NCBI GenBank assembly: GCA_028534125.1
Contig: CM052817.1
Location: 33,854,001 to 33,918,000 of the forward strand
From: Lama glama
Lineage: Eukaryota
Direction: 5' to 3'
DNA: 64,000 bases
The first letter of the stretch is position 1, and each line of letters opens with the position of its first letter. Under the pieces are notes generated by a model. The model had not been told where the DNA came from and searched no databases. It saw only the letters and a list, made by a program, of their open reading frames with translations. The position numbers were made by a program, and so were the translations under genes. Below are positions 1 through 12,010 of this stretch, piece by piece.

Positions 1-52
1 CCTCACACAGGCTAAGCACAACGTCTACCACTGAGCTATACCCTCATCCTCC
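1..52 (-). mobile_element. tRNA-derived camelid SINE (vic-1-like), partial at window edge
   Basis: gctaagcacaacgtctaccactgagctataccc matches the same motif as the SINEs at ~852 and ~19383. Confidence 0.7.
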
Positions 53-851
53 CTTCTGTGTTTTAGAATTTTGATTTACAAGTCCATCTTGAGCAGAAGG
101 GCTTTGTTTTCTTTCTCTAATATCATCCCTCCTTTTATTTTGTGGATGTCTCAATTAGACCCCGGCGGGGGTTCTTGATTAAGAATTCTGCATTTCTATT
201 GGAATCTCAGGGCACCTGTCCTTTGGTGAGGTTGACAACAGCACCTCTCCAGTCACCCACTCCAGCCGGCAGGAGCAGGGACCTGGGTCTGCTTTCTCCC
301 TTTTCCCCACGTAGGGAGCTTTATATTACATCCATCTATATTTCAGCTCCATCCATAACTCAGGTGTGGGAGCTCACCTCCCACTTTGTTTCCTGCTTTG
401 AGCTACTGATTCATGCCAAAGTTTACCTTGTTTTGGAATGAGGGATATGTCTGTTTCAGTTTTTTCTTTTAAAATTTGATCTACCATTTATTTGGAGTAG
501 AGCATGGCCTAAAAGCATGAATTTACAGCACCCTCTGGCCCAGAAGACATATTTCATGTATCTTAGCAACAACTCTATGAAATATACAAAGTCAGGCTTT
601 CTGCACCCATTTTACAAGTGCAGAGAGAGCATAACAGGTGCTCAGCGGCAAGGATGGAACTGGTGAGAAGGCGGTCTGTCTCCAGCAGGTGATACTCATA
701 ATTACATCAAACCTGAGATGCTCAGCCTCCAATATTTTTCTTGTTTACGATGGAATCTGGAATGTAATGGAGAAGTTCTACAGTGGGTAGGCCAAATGTC
801 CCATTTACAACTGAATCGCCAGGTATTTCTACTTTAGAACCAGTGGTTTCT

Positions 852-1018
852 TTTTGTTTTCTTTTATAAGTTTCTTTTCTTTTTAAAATTTTATTCTTCT
901 CATGAAAGGGGTGTAATGAGATTTATTTATCTACTTTTTAACAGAGGTACTGGGGATTGAACCCAGCACTTCATGCATGCTAATCACGTGCTCTACCACT
1001 GAGGTGTACCCTCCACCT
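852..1018 (-). mobile_element. tRNA-derived camelid SINE (vic-1-like)
   Basis: T-rich tail, then gaggtactggggattgaacccag...ctctaccactgag (reverse of tRNA A/B boxes); diverged TSD gaaccagtggtttct / gaagcactggtttct on either side. Confidence 0.85.
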
Positions 1019-1399
1019 GGAAGCACTGGTTTCTGCCTAGAGATTTCTGAGCCATTGGCTGAGTTTCATGACATTCTTTCATTGTATCAGTTCCTTCATG
1101 TGCTCCATGCTGAGAAACGTGGGTGGATTCCATTTTCTTCTCCTCAATCTTCAGTCACACACGGACAGTTTCTAATGACTTCAAATCCACTCCACTCAGG
1201 CTCCCCCTCTGATCTTAAATCTTTGTCAGATTTCATCACCTAGAGATTGGAGCCCCTGTGCATTTGTAGGGGAGGAAGAAGGGAGGGGGAGTGTCTATGT
1301 TTATACTTTGCTTGATTTTTATGGCCTTCACTACCCAAAGCTGTGTGAAATTGAGGGCAACACAGTTGGCCTGAACCCTGGAGCCATCTGTTCAAACTG

Positions 1400-2110
1400 T
1401 TCAAGATATTGGTGGTTGACTGTTTACTAAACAGACTACCCTGAGTGGCAGCCCCGAAGGCTGAGGCCGGGGCTTCTGTTAATCGTTAGGCATTTAACAA
1501 ACAGTTGGGGCCTTTCTGGCTTTGCTATCATTGCTTTCAGAAGCAACGTTCCATCTCCTGCCGTCAGCCACAGAGCGAGAGATGGGCTTGCTGCTGTGTT
1601 GATGGTGAGGATTTCCAGCAGGCTTGGGCTGCCCCGCCCGAGCAGTGGTGGGCATGTCATTCTGCAGGAGATGTGACATGTGTGCTTTTGTTGTTGACTT
1701 TATCTTTGCCAGCACACGTGGGTGTCTAACGTTGACTGGGAAGCTGTGCTCTGGGGTGGAGCAAAGGTTTAATTTTGTTGACAATTTAATGCTGGCAGAG
1801 ATATGTGCTTTGGTGAGGTCTCTCCCTTGAAACTTTTGCCCTTTCTCTAATCCTTTGCGTAAATACTGCCTTGAAAACCGTTTACGAAGTATCTGCAAAA
1901 GCATGTGAAACTGTTGGTAAACAGTCGTGATGAATAACACTTACTCACGGTCACATTGTCGAGCCTGAGTTTCTTTTTCATGGGATTTACTGTCTGGTGC
2001 AAATCTTTGTGAAACGGCAGGCACAAAGTTGAACCCCTCTGCCTAATTCTTTTGACAGATTAGAGTTTGTGACAGAAGGGGCATTTCAGCCTTGGGAATG
2101 GCATGGATGT
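1400..2110. promoter_or_regulatory. Candidate enhancer / conserved non-coding block
   Basis: No recognisable repeat; several forkhead-type motifs (tgtttac/taaaca at ~1422-1433, ggtaaaca at ~1916). Confidence 0.35.
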
Positions 2111-2281
2111 GAAAAACTTCTCCCAAAGTTTCTGTATTTCAAATAGCAATCATTACTAATTGAAAGTATAAAACCATGAAAATAATCATGAAGTCACAGA
2201 AAGTTGGACACAGCCCAGGGCAATCCAAATTTCTGGTTAAAGAGGGAAAAGGAAAATTTGGAGGCAAGTGAGCCTCAGATA

Positions 2282-2485
2282 TAATGGTGTGCAGGAGCTG
2301 GCTGGCATGGCTCTTAAGAGCATTTTGTGTTTCTCTCTCCTCAGCTCTGTTTTGGGGGCGATAAGGTTGGTGGCTTCAAATCAGCTATAGTCAGAGTATC
2401 TACTGCAGTGAAGTCATCAAATGGTACCGATCAGGGCTTTCCCCTATAGAGAGCCAATTGTTAAACGTTTACTAGTGTATTGCTG
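2282..2485. mobile_element. MER63-like non-autonomous hAT DNA transposon
   Basis: tggtgtgcaggagctggc ... ggtggcttcaaatcagc ... gagagccaattgttaaacgtttactag resembles the MER63A consensus as I recall it. Confidence 0.7.
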
Positions 2486-2565
2486 AATGTGGAAGACTAG
2501 TTCTTAATTTCAGTTCCAAAGAGGGATAGAGGTTATATCATTTCACAAGTTAAAAACATGTCACA

Positions 2566-3103
2566 AACAAGCTAAATGTCCTTCGACAGATGACTGGGTA
2601 AAGAAGTTGTGGTATAGTGATACAATGGAAAACTACTCAGCCACAAAAAAGAATGAAATAATGTGGATGGACCTGGAAATTATTATTCTAAGTGAAGTAA
2701 GCCAGAAAGAGAAAGAAAAATACCATATGATATCACTCATATGTGGAATCCAAAAAAAACCCAAAAGACACAAATGAGTTTATTTACAAAACAGAAACAG
2801 ACTCAAAGACATAGAAAACAAACTTACAGTTAATGGTGGGGAAGGGATGAATTGGGAGTTGTAGATTTGCAGATACTAACTACTACATATAAAATAGATA
2901 AACAGCAAGTTTATACTGTATAGCACAGGGAACTGTATCTAATATCTTGTAATAACCTATAACAAAAAAGAATATGAAAACATATGTAAGTGTATGACTG
3001 AAACATTATATAGTACACCAGAAATTGAGACAACATTGTAAACTGACTATACTTCAATTAAAAAAAAAGTAAAAAAGCAAAAGCAAAGAAACAAATCAAA
3101 AAG
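2566..3103 (+). mobile_element. 5'-truncated L1 (cetartiodactyl-type ORF2 end and 3'UTR) with poly(A)
   Basis: ORF2 C-terminal sequence (tactcagccacaaaaaagaatgaaata), 3'UTR tactgtatagcacagggaac, A-rich tail; TSD acatgtcaca at 2556-2565 and 3104-3113. Confidence 0.92.
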
Positions 3104-3339
3104 ACATGTCACAGTTAAAGAGATGTTCACAGAAAAGTAACAAGAGTTTGACTCCATGACATGCCTGAGTCAAGATATAACCTCTGAATTTAAACTCAGT
3201 CCTTCTTTCTGGATAAAAACACATTATATACGAAATAAAGCCATTTTAGAGATCTGAGGTGGTGATGCAGGGAGTATATACAGTGTAAGCAACTGACAGA
3301 TCTTAGCCATTATATGCTGCTTGGTTTTATTGGTTTTGC

Positions 3340-4810
3340 TCATTTTATTCATTCCTTATTCATATAACAAAACGTACTGGGTACCTCCTGTATGCTATGT
3401 CAGCTGATGAACAGAAACAGACATGGCTACTGTCTTCATGGCACTACAGTCTAGAAGAAAAAACAGATATTAATCAAATTGCCATACAGAAGCATATAAT
3501 TACAAACTATAGTAGATTTTATAAAGGGAAAGCAGAGGGTGATAAGAAAACATAAATTAATGACTTGATCTAGATAGAGAGCCGACGGGTGGGAGAGGTG
3601 TCAATGAGAAAGCATGGACTGCACTAATTCTGAAGGACTGGTAGGAGTTTAACATGGTGAATGCCAAGTGAGTGATAGAGGAGGTTTAAGCAGAGAGAAC
3701 AAGTGTGCATAGTCCTGCAATGTATAGTAACACATGTCCTTTTAAGAAAATTAAAGGTGGGCTGTACAGCGGGGGAACATAGGGCAGGGGTGGTGGCACT
3801 CAACGAGCTGTGTTAATACATTTATATTAGTCTAAGAGGTGCAGAAGACTATTGGATCATATTTGTGCTTTCTTCAAAAGAAAATTCATGTTGGCTACAA
3901 TATAGAGAACTGATTGGAAGAGGAAGAGAGGAGATAAGGATACAAGTTTAAGGCTATTATTGCATATTCCAGGTGAAAAATAATGGAATCCTGGACAAGG
4001 ATAATGGCAGGAGTGATGAGGTTAAGGAGGTACATTGAAGAGATGTTTAGGATAGAAAATTGAAGAGACCTGGTGATGCATTACATATAGGGGTAGCAAG
4101 AAGGAGGGGCCTTGTCAAGGATGACCCTGAGATTTTTGGCTTTGGAGATTGAATTGATCATTTCTCTGCTTACTAAGACTGAGAACCAGAAGTGGGGCAG
4201 AAGCGATGAGTCTGGATTTCGATATGTGGAGTTAAAGTACATTTTCAACATCTATAATGCAGATGTCTAGTAGATCCTTTGGAGATACAGATTTGGAGCA
4301 GCATGGAGATGTCTAGAGCTATCTGAATGTGGGTGGTAACTGAGGCCATGGTCACAATGAGGTCCTCCAAGGGGAGAGTTACAGAGTGAGAAGAGGAGAG
4401 GGCCCACGAGGTACCCTGAGAAATGTAAATATTTAATGACCCAGTAGAAGAGAATGAGCTTGCAAAGGAGTGATGGAGTAGCCAGGGAGGAAAATCAAGA
4501 GAGACGGGGCTGAGGTGAGAAAGGGGATTAACCAGAGTAAATGGATCTTGTTGAGAGGGATGAAAATGTTGTAAAACTGATTTATGGTGATGGTTACATC
4601 ACTTAGTAAACTTACTAAAAAGCACCGAATTGGACAGTTGAAGTAGGTGATTTTTTATGATATATAAAAGATACCTCCATAACCCTATTAAACAACAACA
4701 GTGACAAGAGAGTGTGGAACGAAAGAAAAGAAAGGATGGGAGTCTTTCAAGAAGGTAGGAAGGTTCATGTGGGTTAAATGTAGATAAGTTTAGTAAGATA
4801 AAGACTAATG
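3340..4810 (-). mobile_element. L2 LINE fragment, interrupted by an old L1 3' end
   Basis: Starts with an attcattc-type L2 3' tail, followed by typical purine-rich antisense L2 body. Confidence 0.8.
4550..4700 (+). mobile_element. Old L1 (L1MB-like) 3' end nested in L2
   Basis: gatgaaaatgttgtaaaactgatttatggtgatggttac...cttactaaaa...gaattg. Confidence 0.7.
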
Positions 4811-4923
4811 ATCATTAACAAATTGAGAACTTTCAACAGACATGTTAATGAAAAAACAATGGTCCAATATTGAATAATGTAATACTGTAAAAATACTGAC
4901 CTAGATTTTTAAATGATATCTTC

Positions 4924-5102
4924 CAGATAAACAGCAAGGTCCTGCTATATAGCACAGGGAACTATATTCAGTACCTTGTAACGGCCTATAATGAAAAAAA
5001 TATGAAAAGGAATATATATGTATAACTAAATCACTATGCTATACACCAGAAACTAACACAAATTGTAAATTGACTATAGTTTAATTTTTTTAATTTTAAA
5101 AA
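4924..5102 (+). mobile_element. Short L1 3' end (cetartiodactyl-type)
   Basis: gataaacagcaaggtcctgctatatagcacagggaactatattc; exact 14-bp TSD taaatgatatcttc at 4910-4923 and 5103-5116. Confidence 0.93.
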
Positions 5103-6479
5103 TAAATGATATCTTCAAAATCATAAGAAGATGTACATGGCTCAGTCCCTCCCTGATCTCAAATAAAGAGCCTACCTAAAGGTGTTTGTTATGCCCTCTG
5201 CCTGATATGGCAATGAGGAAATGGATTCTGACAAGGCAATTCTGTTACAACTGGAAGCCCTGTTTATTTGTGGTAAGAATTAGGCCCCATATGTGATCAA
5301 ACAAATGTTTTCTCTAGAAGTCTGAGACACTCAGAGAATATTGTAAAACTCTTCTTTAACTAATCTGATGGTTACAAAGGAATTAGGGTCAGAGAATAAT
5401 CATCTTAATAAACATATGATCAGTATCTCATTCAGCATTTGGCACTGAGTATGTGTTCAATAACTATTGGTTGATGACCAAGCTTAGAAGTTAGAAAAAT
5501 GAGAGCGTTCATGAATCATTATTTAGATCTACAATGAAAATGACTGCAGTAGCAAAGCTCAGAAGAGCACAATATCATATCAAAGTAAAAACAGATCTAT
5601 GGGGGTAATTTACCAGCTCAGGCCATTTAGAAAGCATTCACTAAGTCTTCATTAGTTCTTACTCATTTTTCACTTGATTACCCAAATCAGTTTAAACTAA
5701 TCAGCCAAGATAGACATGTAAATAAATCCTTATTTTACCTTAGCCATCTTCTGGGATTTATTTTTGCTGGAAATATGGCCTTTTTTCACTTATTATCTTT
5801 TATTTGAACCATTAGTCTGAAAATGATATTTATTCCATTTTGATTCCCTGTCCTAACCAATAAATAACCTAAACTAGGTCACACTCAAGAAAACATGCAC
5901 TGAGAGCTTTTTTCAACTGAGCTCCTCAATGTCGGTAGCTGTGGAAGGCTGTTGACATGTGATTACCAATCCAAATTGTTAATGAAACATTTCAACTGAA
6001 TTTTAAATGACTTTTCTAAATTGGTTTTGAGGAAATGCTTAACTCCGGCCATTCAATGTTTACTAAATTTCCGGAACTCATCTTATACTTACAATAGCAA
6101 CTCAACGTTATTCTCTGAGAACAGGAAATCAGGGAATAGAACTACAGTTGATGGAGATGTTTCTGAAGAAGGAAGTTGGCGAGGACAGAGATGACCTAGA
6201 AATGACCAGTTTTAAACAGAATTTTAGATAAGGATCCATCTGGGTGGAGTGATTGTGGTGTTTTGTTAGATGGGACTTCTTTTGTGTGTCTTCCCTACTG
6301 ACGCTTCTATTTCTCCTAGCTGGAATTTGTAATGTTAGAATAATTGTTCTGGGTTAGACAATATCAGAGAAGTATTTGGGCCAAGCAGCAAGCACACAAA
6401 ATTAGGACATCTGCTCTTCACCCAAATGATCAAAGCTCTCCATTCAGTAGCACTAAAGAAGTTTGGTGATTCTCTCATG

Positions 6480-7030
6480 GGTACATACTCTTCTGTTCTC
6501 ACAAGTCAAGTTGCCTGTTTACCAAGAGGCCACTGTCTCTGTATCTGTCATTGCTATTATGTAATTAATTTGTATATAAAGATTACACAGTGAGATGCCA
6601 TATCAGAGAGAAATCACCATTTCTATGAAAACTAGGTTGAATGCTTTGAACAGATTCACTAAGACGAGTTGTCCTACAATGCTGGTGGATTAGGTGTGAA
6701 CAAAGCAACTGGAAAGCTTGTGGGGAATGATATTAAAAAGTGTAGTTTCTGTTTAAAGTTCCTTATAAGTCTTTTAAAGTTTTCATTTCACTTAAAGAAA
6801 TCAAAACCAGAAATAGTGTACAATGCAATATGGGACCATTTATAGAAGAAATTTAACATGGAACACTAATCACAAGACAAGATCTGGGGATAAAATCAAT
6901 AGGTTAGGGAAATAGCACTCACTCATATGTTTTAAATTTGAATAAAATGCTTAAGGCAAGTAAAAATAATTTTCTATAGCTCTTCACTTTCACCAATATT
7001 TTTGGTGACCCAATTAACATAGGGTAGGAG
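6480..7030 (+). mobile_element. Decayed Tigger (pogo/TcMar) transposon with transposase N-terminus
   Basis: ~6607 reads REITISMKTRLNALNRF and ~6792 reads LKKSKPEIVYNAIW, resembling Tigger/CENP-B-type HTH segments; frames are broken. Confidence 0.65.
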
Positions 7031-7569
7031 GACTTCAGCTGTTCTTGTGTTTTTCCCAAGACACCATCCATTTCCTTTGTCTAAAATACCCCCCTCTCTT
7101 CCCACATGTACTTCCTCATAGTCCTCTCTCTTTCTCTGTTTTATTTAACTCTTATTCATCTTTCAAGTCCTAAGCCTCTAACTCCAGCTCAAAAGCTAAC
7201 TCTTAGGAGGAACATTTCCTAGCTCTTTTTTTCTTATTAAAATTTTATTTTATTTCAACCTATAAGTACTGCTGTTTGTTTGAAGTGCTCAATAAATCTA
7301 TCCCATCCAAAAAATAATTGTAAAGTGCTTCTAGCAGTGCAAGCACAGTTGGAATGGCCTATGCAAAGGTTTCCCACTAGAATCTGAAGAAATTTTAAAT
7401 GTAATAAAATCACAAACTGGATATTTCTATTCTTTGGACCACTAGAGATTTTCAAAATCACTTTGATTTTTAAAATCCATCAATTATTTTCCAGGTCGTT
7501 CTCAGCTCCTCTGTGTTGAGTACATTACTTTAGGACTATAATTAAGGCATAGTTTTTATTGCATTCTAA

Positions 7570-8270
7570 TAATTTATTTAACACACTTTATTATCTTTGG
7601 ATCCCTTTAGGGTCAGTCTCCATTTGTTGTCTTTTTCTCTTGAGAATAATTCACATTTTCCTGTTTCTTCATATGTCAAGTAATTTTGTAGGATCATATC
7701 CTGGACAATGTGAATGTTATATTGTGGTGACTCTGGGTTATGCTATATTCCTCTAAAGAGTACTGACTTTGTTTTAGCAGGGAATTTCTTAGCTGGATTC
7801 AACATGCAAACTCTGTCTTTTCGGCAGCAACTCAGATCTGTGTTCAGTTCCCTCATCCTTAGTTGATTTGTCTACAGTCTACACGACACAATGATTGTTC
7901 AGGAGGTAGATACAGACTCAGGCAGAGTTTACACACAGGATTTAGGCTCTCTCTCTCTTTCTCTTTCTAATTCTTTCCTTTTTGTGCTCCCCCTGTCACT
8001 CACCAGTGATTTTTTAAAAATAATATTTTAGCCTTTCCACCCCTCCTGGCACCTCCAGTCTAGAAGCCATTAAAATAGGAAACCCATCCAGTGCTGTTTT
8101 CTTCTTCCAAGTGTCAATTCCTTTCTAGAAGCTTCCTGCTCTCATTCACTCTTCAGTTTCTTCAAATCATTGTTGTTGCTGTGTTTTGTTTTGTTTTATC
8201 CAGAGTCTATAGTTGTGGTCTGTGAGAGAAGTGGTCTGCTAGGAGCTTACACACCCACCAGAAGTGGAAG
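7570..8270 (-). mobile_element. Old L1 (L1M/HAL1-like) 5'-region fragment
   Basis: cacattttcctgtttcttcatatgtcaagtaatttt...ggacaatgtgaatgttatattg is typical of old L1 antisense. Confidence 0.6.
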
Positions 8271-8509
8271 CATCTTATTGTCTTCATGCTTCTATGTCTA
8301 AAAAACATCTGATACATTGCCGAGGCCCTCAGGAAACATTCTGTGTTGGACAGAATTCAGTAGAAGTGCATCACTAAAATGAACACATATATTAAAGGCA
8401 AGGGAGGATGAAAGCTTCTTCTCATTAGTTTATATTAATTTTTTTAAATAATAACTAGACTTTAGACGGCATAAAGATCTTAATCAAGGGTCCTTGAAAA
8501 ATAAGACCA

Positions 8510-9000
8510 GTAAGTTCCTGTGGTGGCCAGAGTTGACATGAGCCTGGATGCCACTAAAGGCAGGCCCAGGGCCAATGCATCCATGGGGTCAAGAAGCATC
8601 TGGGAGAGTTTTAACTTGTCCAGTCCTGGACACAATTCCACCCATGAAGTAAGTTTCTCTAGCCCTTGGTGTTATTAAGCCTCCAAGTGAGTATCTGCCT
8701 CATGAGAAATCTTGAAAAATCTGTTAAAGTTAGTTAAGAGAATAACAGAGTCACATTTGGCTAAAAGATGATAAATAGAGCAGCACAATAAACTGCAATT
8801 ACCCACCAGGGAGGTGTCTGCAGGGGTGCCAGGGGGCTGGGACTGGGCTTTTTCTCATTTACCATCTTTATTAATGACCTGGAAGGGGTGTCAGCAGCTT
8901 GCTAATGAAGTGGCAGCCAGGCCTGCAGTGGGAGCCACTGTGGCTGCAAAGAGAAGAATACAAACCAGGCTAGTATAACTTAGGGCATCAGGCAGCAAAA
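8510..9000 (+). mobile_element. CR1/L3 LINE reverse-transcriptase remnants
   Basis: ~8824-8915 decodes with frameshifts to GVP..LG...FTIFINDLE...LLMK, matching the CR1 GVPQGSVLGPVLFNIFINDL motif; ~8537-8590 resembles MSQ..AAKKANAILG. Confidence 0.7.
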
Positions 9001-9409
9001 TCAAAGGCCTGAGATTCAGCAAGGAGGGAATATTGTAACTGTCACGAGAAGAATAATCAGAAGCGTAGCTTTCTGACGACGTGGAGTAGAGACAAATGAG
9101 AAGAAAAAAAAAACCTGGGAAGAATGTGAAAATGTCAGGCTGAAAGAAGGCAACTGATGGACGGCAGTTATGAGATGGAATTCCGTTAACAATGGCTTCC
9201 CACCTTCTGACTCTGCAGACTATAAATGTCGTTGAGATGTGAAAGGACCAGGGAGGTTCCAAGAGCCCAGGGACGAGGGAGGGCTCTGGTCCCTGTAATG
9301 CCTTCATAGTTCCCATGGTTCTCTGCGATGGTGGTTTCCCCAACTGAGACTAGCCCAGGCCAAGCCTGGCAGCCCCAGCCTGGCAGCCCCTTTCTGGTCC
9401 TGGTCCACA

Positions 9410-10100
9410 GGGAGAATATAGGAGCGAGAACACAGGATGTTAGGATCCCTGACTATCTCATGCAAAGAATTACCTTCCATCCAGAGTCATTTGCGTATTT
9501 AATGAACTTCACAGCTCTTGGGTCTATCGTTTATTCATTCATTCATTTTTGTCTGTCTCCCTACAAGAACATGAGGCTCCATGAAGACAGAGACCTCATT
9601 TGTCATGTGCAACTCTGCAGTCTCTACTTTGAGGACAATACCTGGCTCCTAATAATCAGGAAATAAATATTTGCTGAATGAATGATTGAAAAAAATGAAT
9701 CTTGTCCTCTGTGCTCATTTTACAAGGGAGGAAACAGTCACAAAGGGACATGGTGACTTGACTGTAGTCACACAGGGGGAGGGTGAACCTGGCCTGGAAC
9801 CCAGTTCTTCTGACTCCCAGCACCACTCATAGCCCTCACCTCCTTCTGGGTTTTAACCCAAAGGAGTCACCTTCTCAGGAGGCCTTCTCTGCCCCCCACA
9901 CCGTGGGAAAAACAACTCCAATCCTTCCACCAGCCAACATTCCACATTCCTTTCGTAGTTCTATTCTGTGCTCTCCCCAACCCATGAACACATCATGACT
10001 CTCTATATTTTACCTTGTTCATTGCGTGTCCCCTCCTTGTGGAACACAGCATGCACAAGAGTAGGCATTTGGGTCTGTTGTGTTTACTGACGCATCCCCA
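9410..10100 (+). repeat. Inverted duplication, left arm (unique + L2 3' end + MIR + L2)
   Basis: Reverse-complement match to 11335-12010; exact blocks 9727-9773 = rc(11635-11681) and 9777-9808 = rc(11601-11632). Confidence 0.93.
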
Positions 10101-11102
10101 GCACCCAGCACAACACCTAGTATGTAGTTGATAATAAATATTTGCTACTGAGCAATGAACAGGCAAGACTTTGCCCTCAGCCTTGAGGGACACATTAGGA
10201 CCCAGTTTCCACAAGTTGGATGCAACTCAAATGAGGGGCTAGTAGAGAGAGATGTTTAGAACTAAACTTGTGTTCTCAGTACCTTTGGCCTTTGGGCAGG
10301 TTTTTCTGAGTCTTGGTTCTCTCGTCTACGGAACAGAATGTCACGATGATTAAATGACACTGTTTCTGTAGACCCCCCCCCCAGCATGTGTCTGTTACAT
10401 AGTAGGTGGTCAATAAACACGATTTCTCTCTTGCTTTTAACTTACTCTAGGAGGATTCACAATAGCGTCCTTGGGTCTAAGAATCCAAGGAAACATGGAA
10501 AGCCCTTGGAAATGAGTGCTGAGGACGTAGACATTACATCAGTGTGGAGCATGTTAGGGGATGAGTGAGAAGGCACCTTCCTGCTCCCCTTCAGTCCCTG
10601 CCCTGGCCTTGACATCTGAGCCAGGTCATGCACACTTGACTCTGAGGGCTGGAGACAGTCTGCTCATCGTGGCAAAGGGAAAGTGCTAACAGGCTGGGCT
10701 CTGGGAGCATCTGCAAAGGCGAAGTAGGTCAGGAGGCCAGGCTTCTGAGAAAGCGAGGCCGTGAGGCCGAGGGAGTTAATGGCAGGCTGCCTCCTTGTCT
10801 TCCTGTTTAGAGGCCAGTGCTGTCACATGACCAGGTGAAATGCCCCCTTGAAAGGGCAGGACAGGAGCTTCAGGGTCCCTGCGTGTGAGCTGTATTCTGC
10901 CTGGGGAATAGGAGGAGAGTCTCCCCATCCAGGCTGACTTGCAGTTTTATTCAATTCCCCTGAGCACAGCCAGGTCACAGGAAGAGAGCAGCTGCCTATG
11001 GAGGAACAATGTGGGTGTTGGATACACCACTCCCTCCCACCCCCCACCACCGGGCACTGCGGGCCCTAGACCTCCAGCACCTGCCCTGACTAGAGCCCTG
11101 GT

Positions 11103-11315
11103 GGGAGGCAGTATATGCACCGTGGTTAAGGCACTGGCTTCTTGTCCCATCTCTGTCATTTACTAGTTGGGGCAGGTGACTTAACTTATTTAAGCTGTTT
11201 TCCCATCTGTAAAATGGGCATACTGACCACAGCTACTTCATGGAGTTGATAGGGGTCCTAAGTGAGATGATCCACGTAAAGTGTCTGACACATGGAAAGT
11301 GCTCAGTAAACATGA
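11103..11315 (+). mobile_element. MIR SINE inside the inverted-repeat spacer
   Basis: gtggttaaggcactgg...catctgtaaaatggg...gtgctcagtaaa. Confidence 0.85.
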
Positions 11316-11334
11316 ATTATTGCCATTGGCGCTG

Positions 11335-12010
11335 CTGCTGCTGGAGACACAGCATAGACAAAACGCCTGCCCTATGTTCCACAGGGGATGGCAAACAACG
11401 AACAAGATGGAAACATACAGGGTATGTTAGTCATGGTAAGTGCTCAGAACAGAAACAGAGCCAGGAAGGCAATGTGGCATGTTGTCTGGTGGAGCGGGTG
11501 GAGTTTTCTTTCCACAGGGGGCCCAGGGAAGGCCTCCTGAGAAGGTGACTTTGGGTCAAAGCCCAGAAGGAGGTGAGGACTGAGAGTGGGGCTGGGCATC
11601 AGAACTGGGTTCCAGGCCAGGTTCACCCTCCCTCGTGTGACTACAGTCAAGTCACCATGTCCCTTTGTGACTGTTTCCTCCTTTGTAAAGTGAGCACAGA
11701 AGACAGGATTCATTTTTTCAATCATTCACTCAGCAAACATTTGTTTCCTGATGACTCTGGGTCAGGGCCGGCCCTAGACATGGATGTTGCAGAGATGACC
11801 ATAACGGATGAGGCCCTTGTCTCATGCAACCGCATGTTCTTGTGGGGAAGACAGATAATATAGAAATGAATAAGTAAACATCTTTGATAGACCTATGAGG
11901 TATGAAGTGAATAGAAAACATAAAATGACTCTGGGTGGGAAGTCTTTCTCCGAGCGGCATCATCAGGATCCTAACGTCCTGTGTTCCCTGTCCTGCTACG
12001 CTCCTGCCTG
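11335..12010 (-). repeat. Inverted duplication, right arm
   Basis: Mirror of 9410-10100, including the non-transposon anchor caggatcctaacgtcctgtgttc = rc of gaacacaggatgttaggatcc. Confidence 0.93.

Noticed and set aside
940..1015. tRNA-like sequence (also ~19405-19475)
   Set aside because: Has A-rich tail and TSD and recurs three times, so it is a tRNA-derived SINE rather than a tRNA gene.
9783..11725. Two ORFs sharing the peptide NLAWNPVL (9783..9998 + and 11444..11725 -) as paralogous genes
   Set aside because: The similarity is a by-product of the DNA-level inverted duplication of MIR/L2 sequence.
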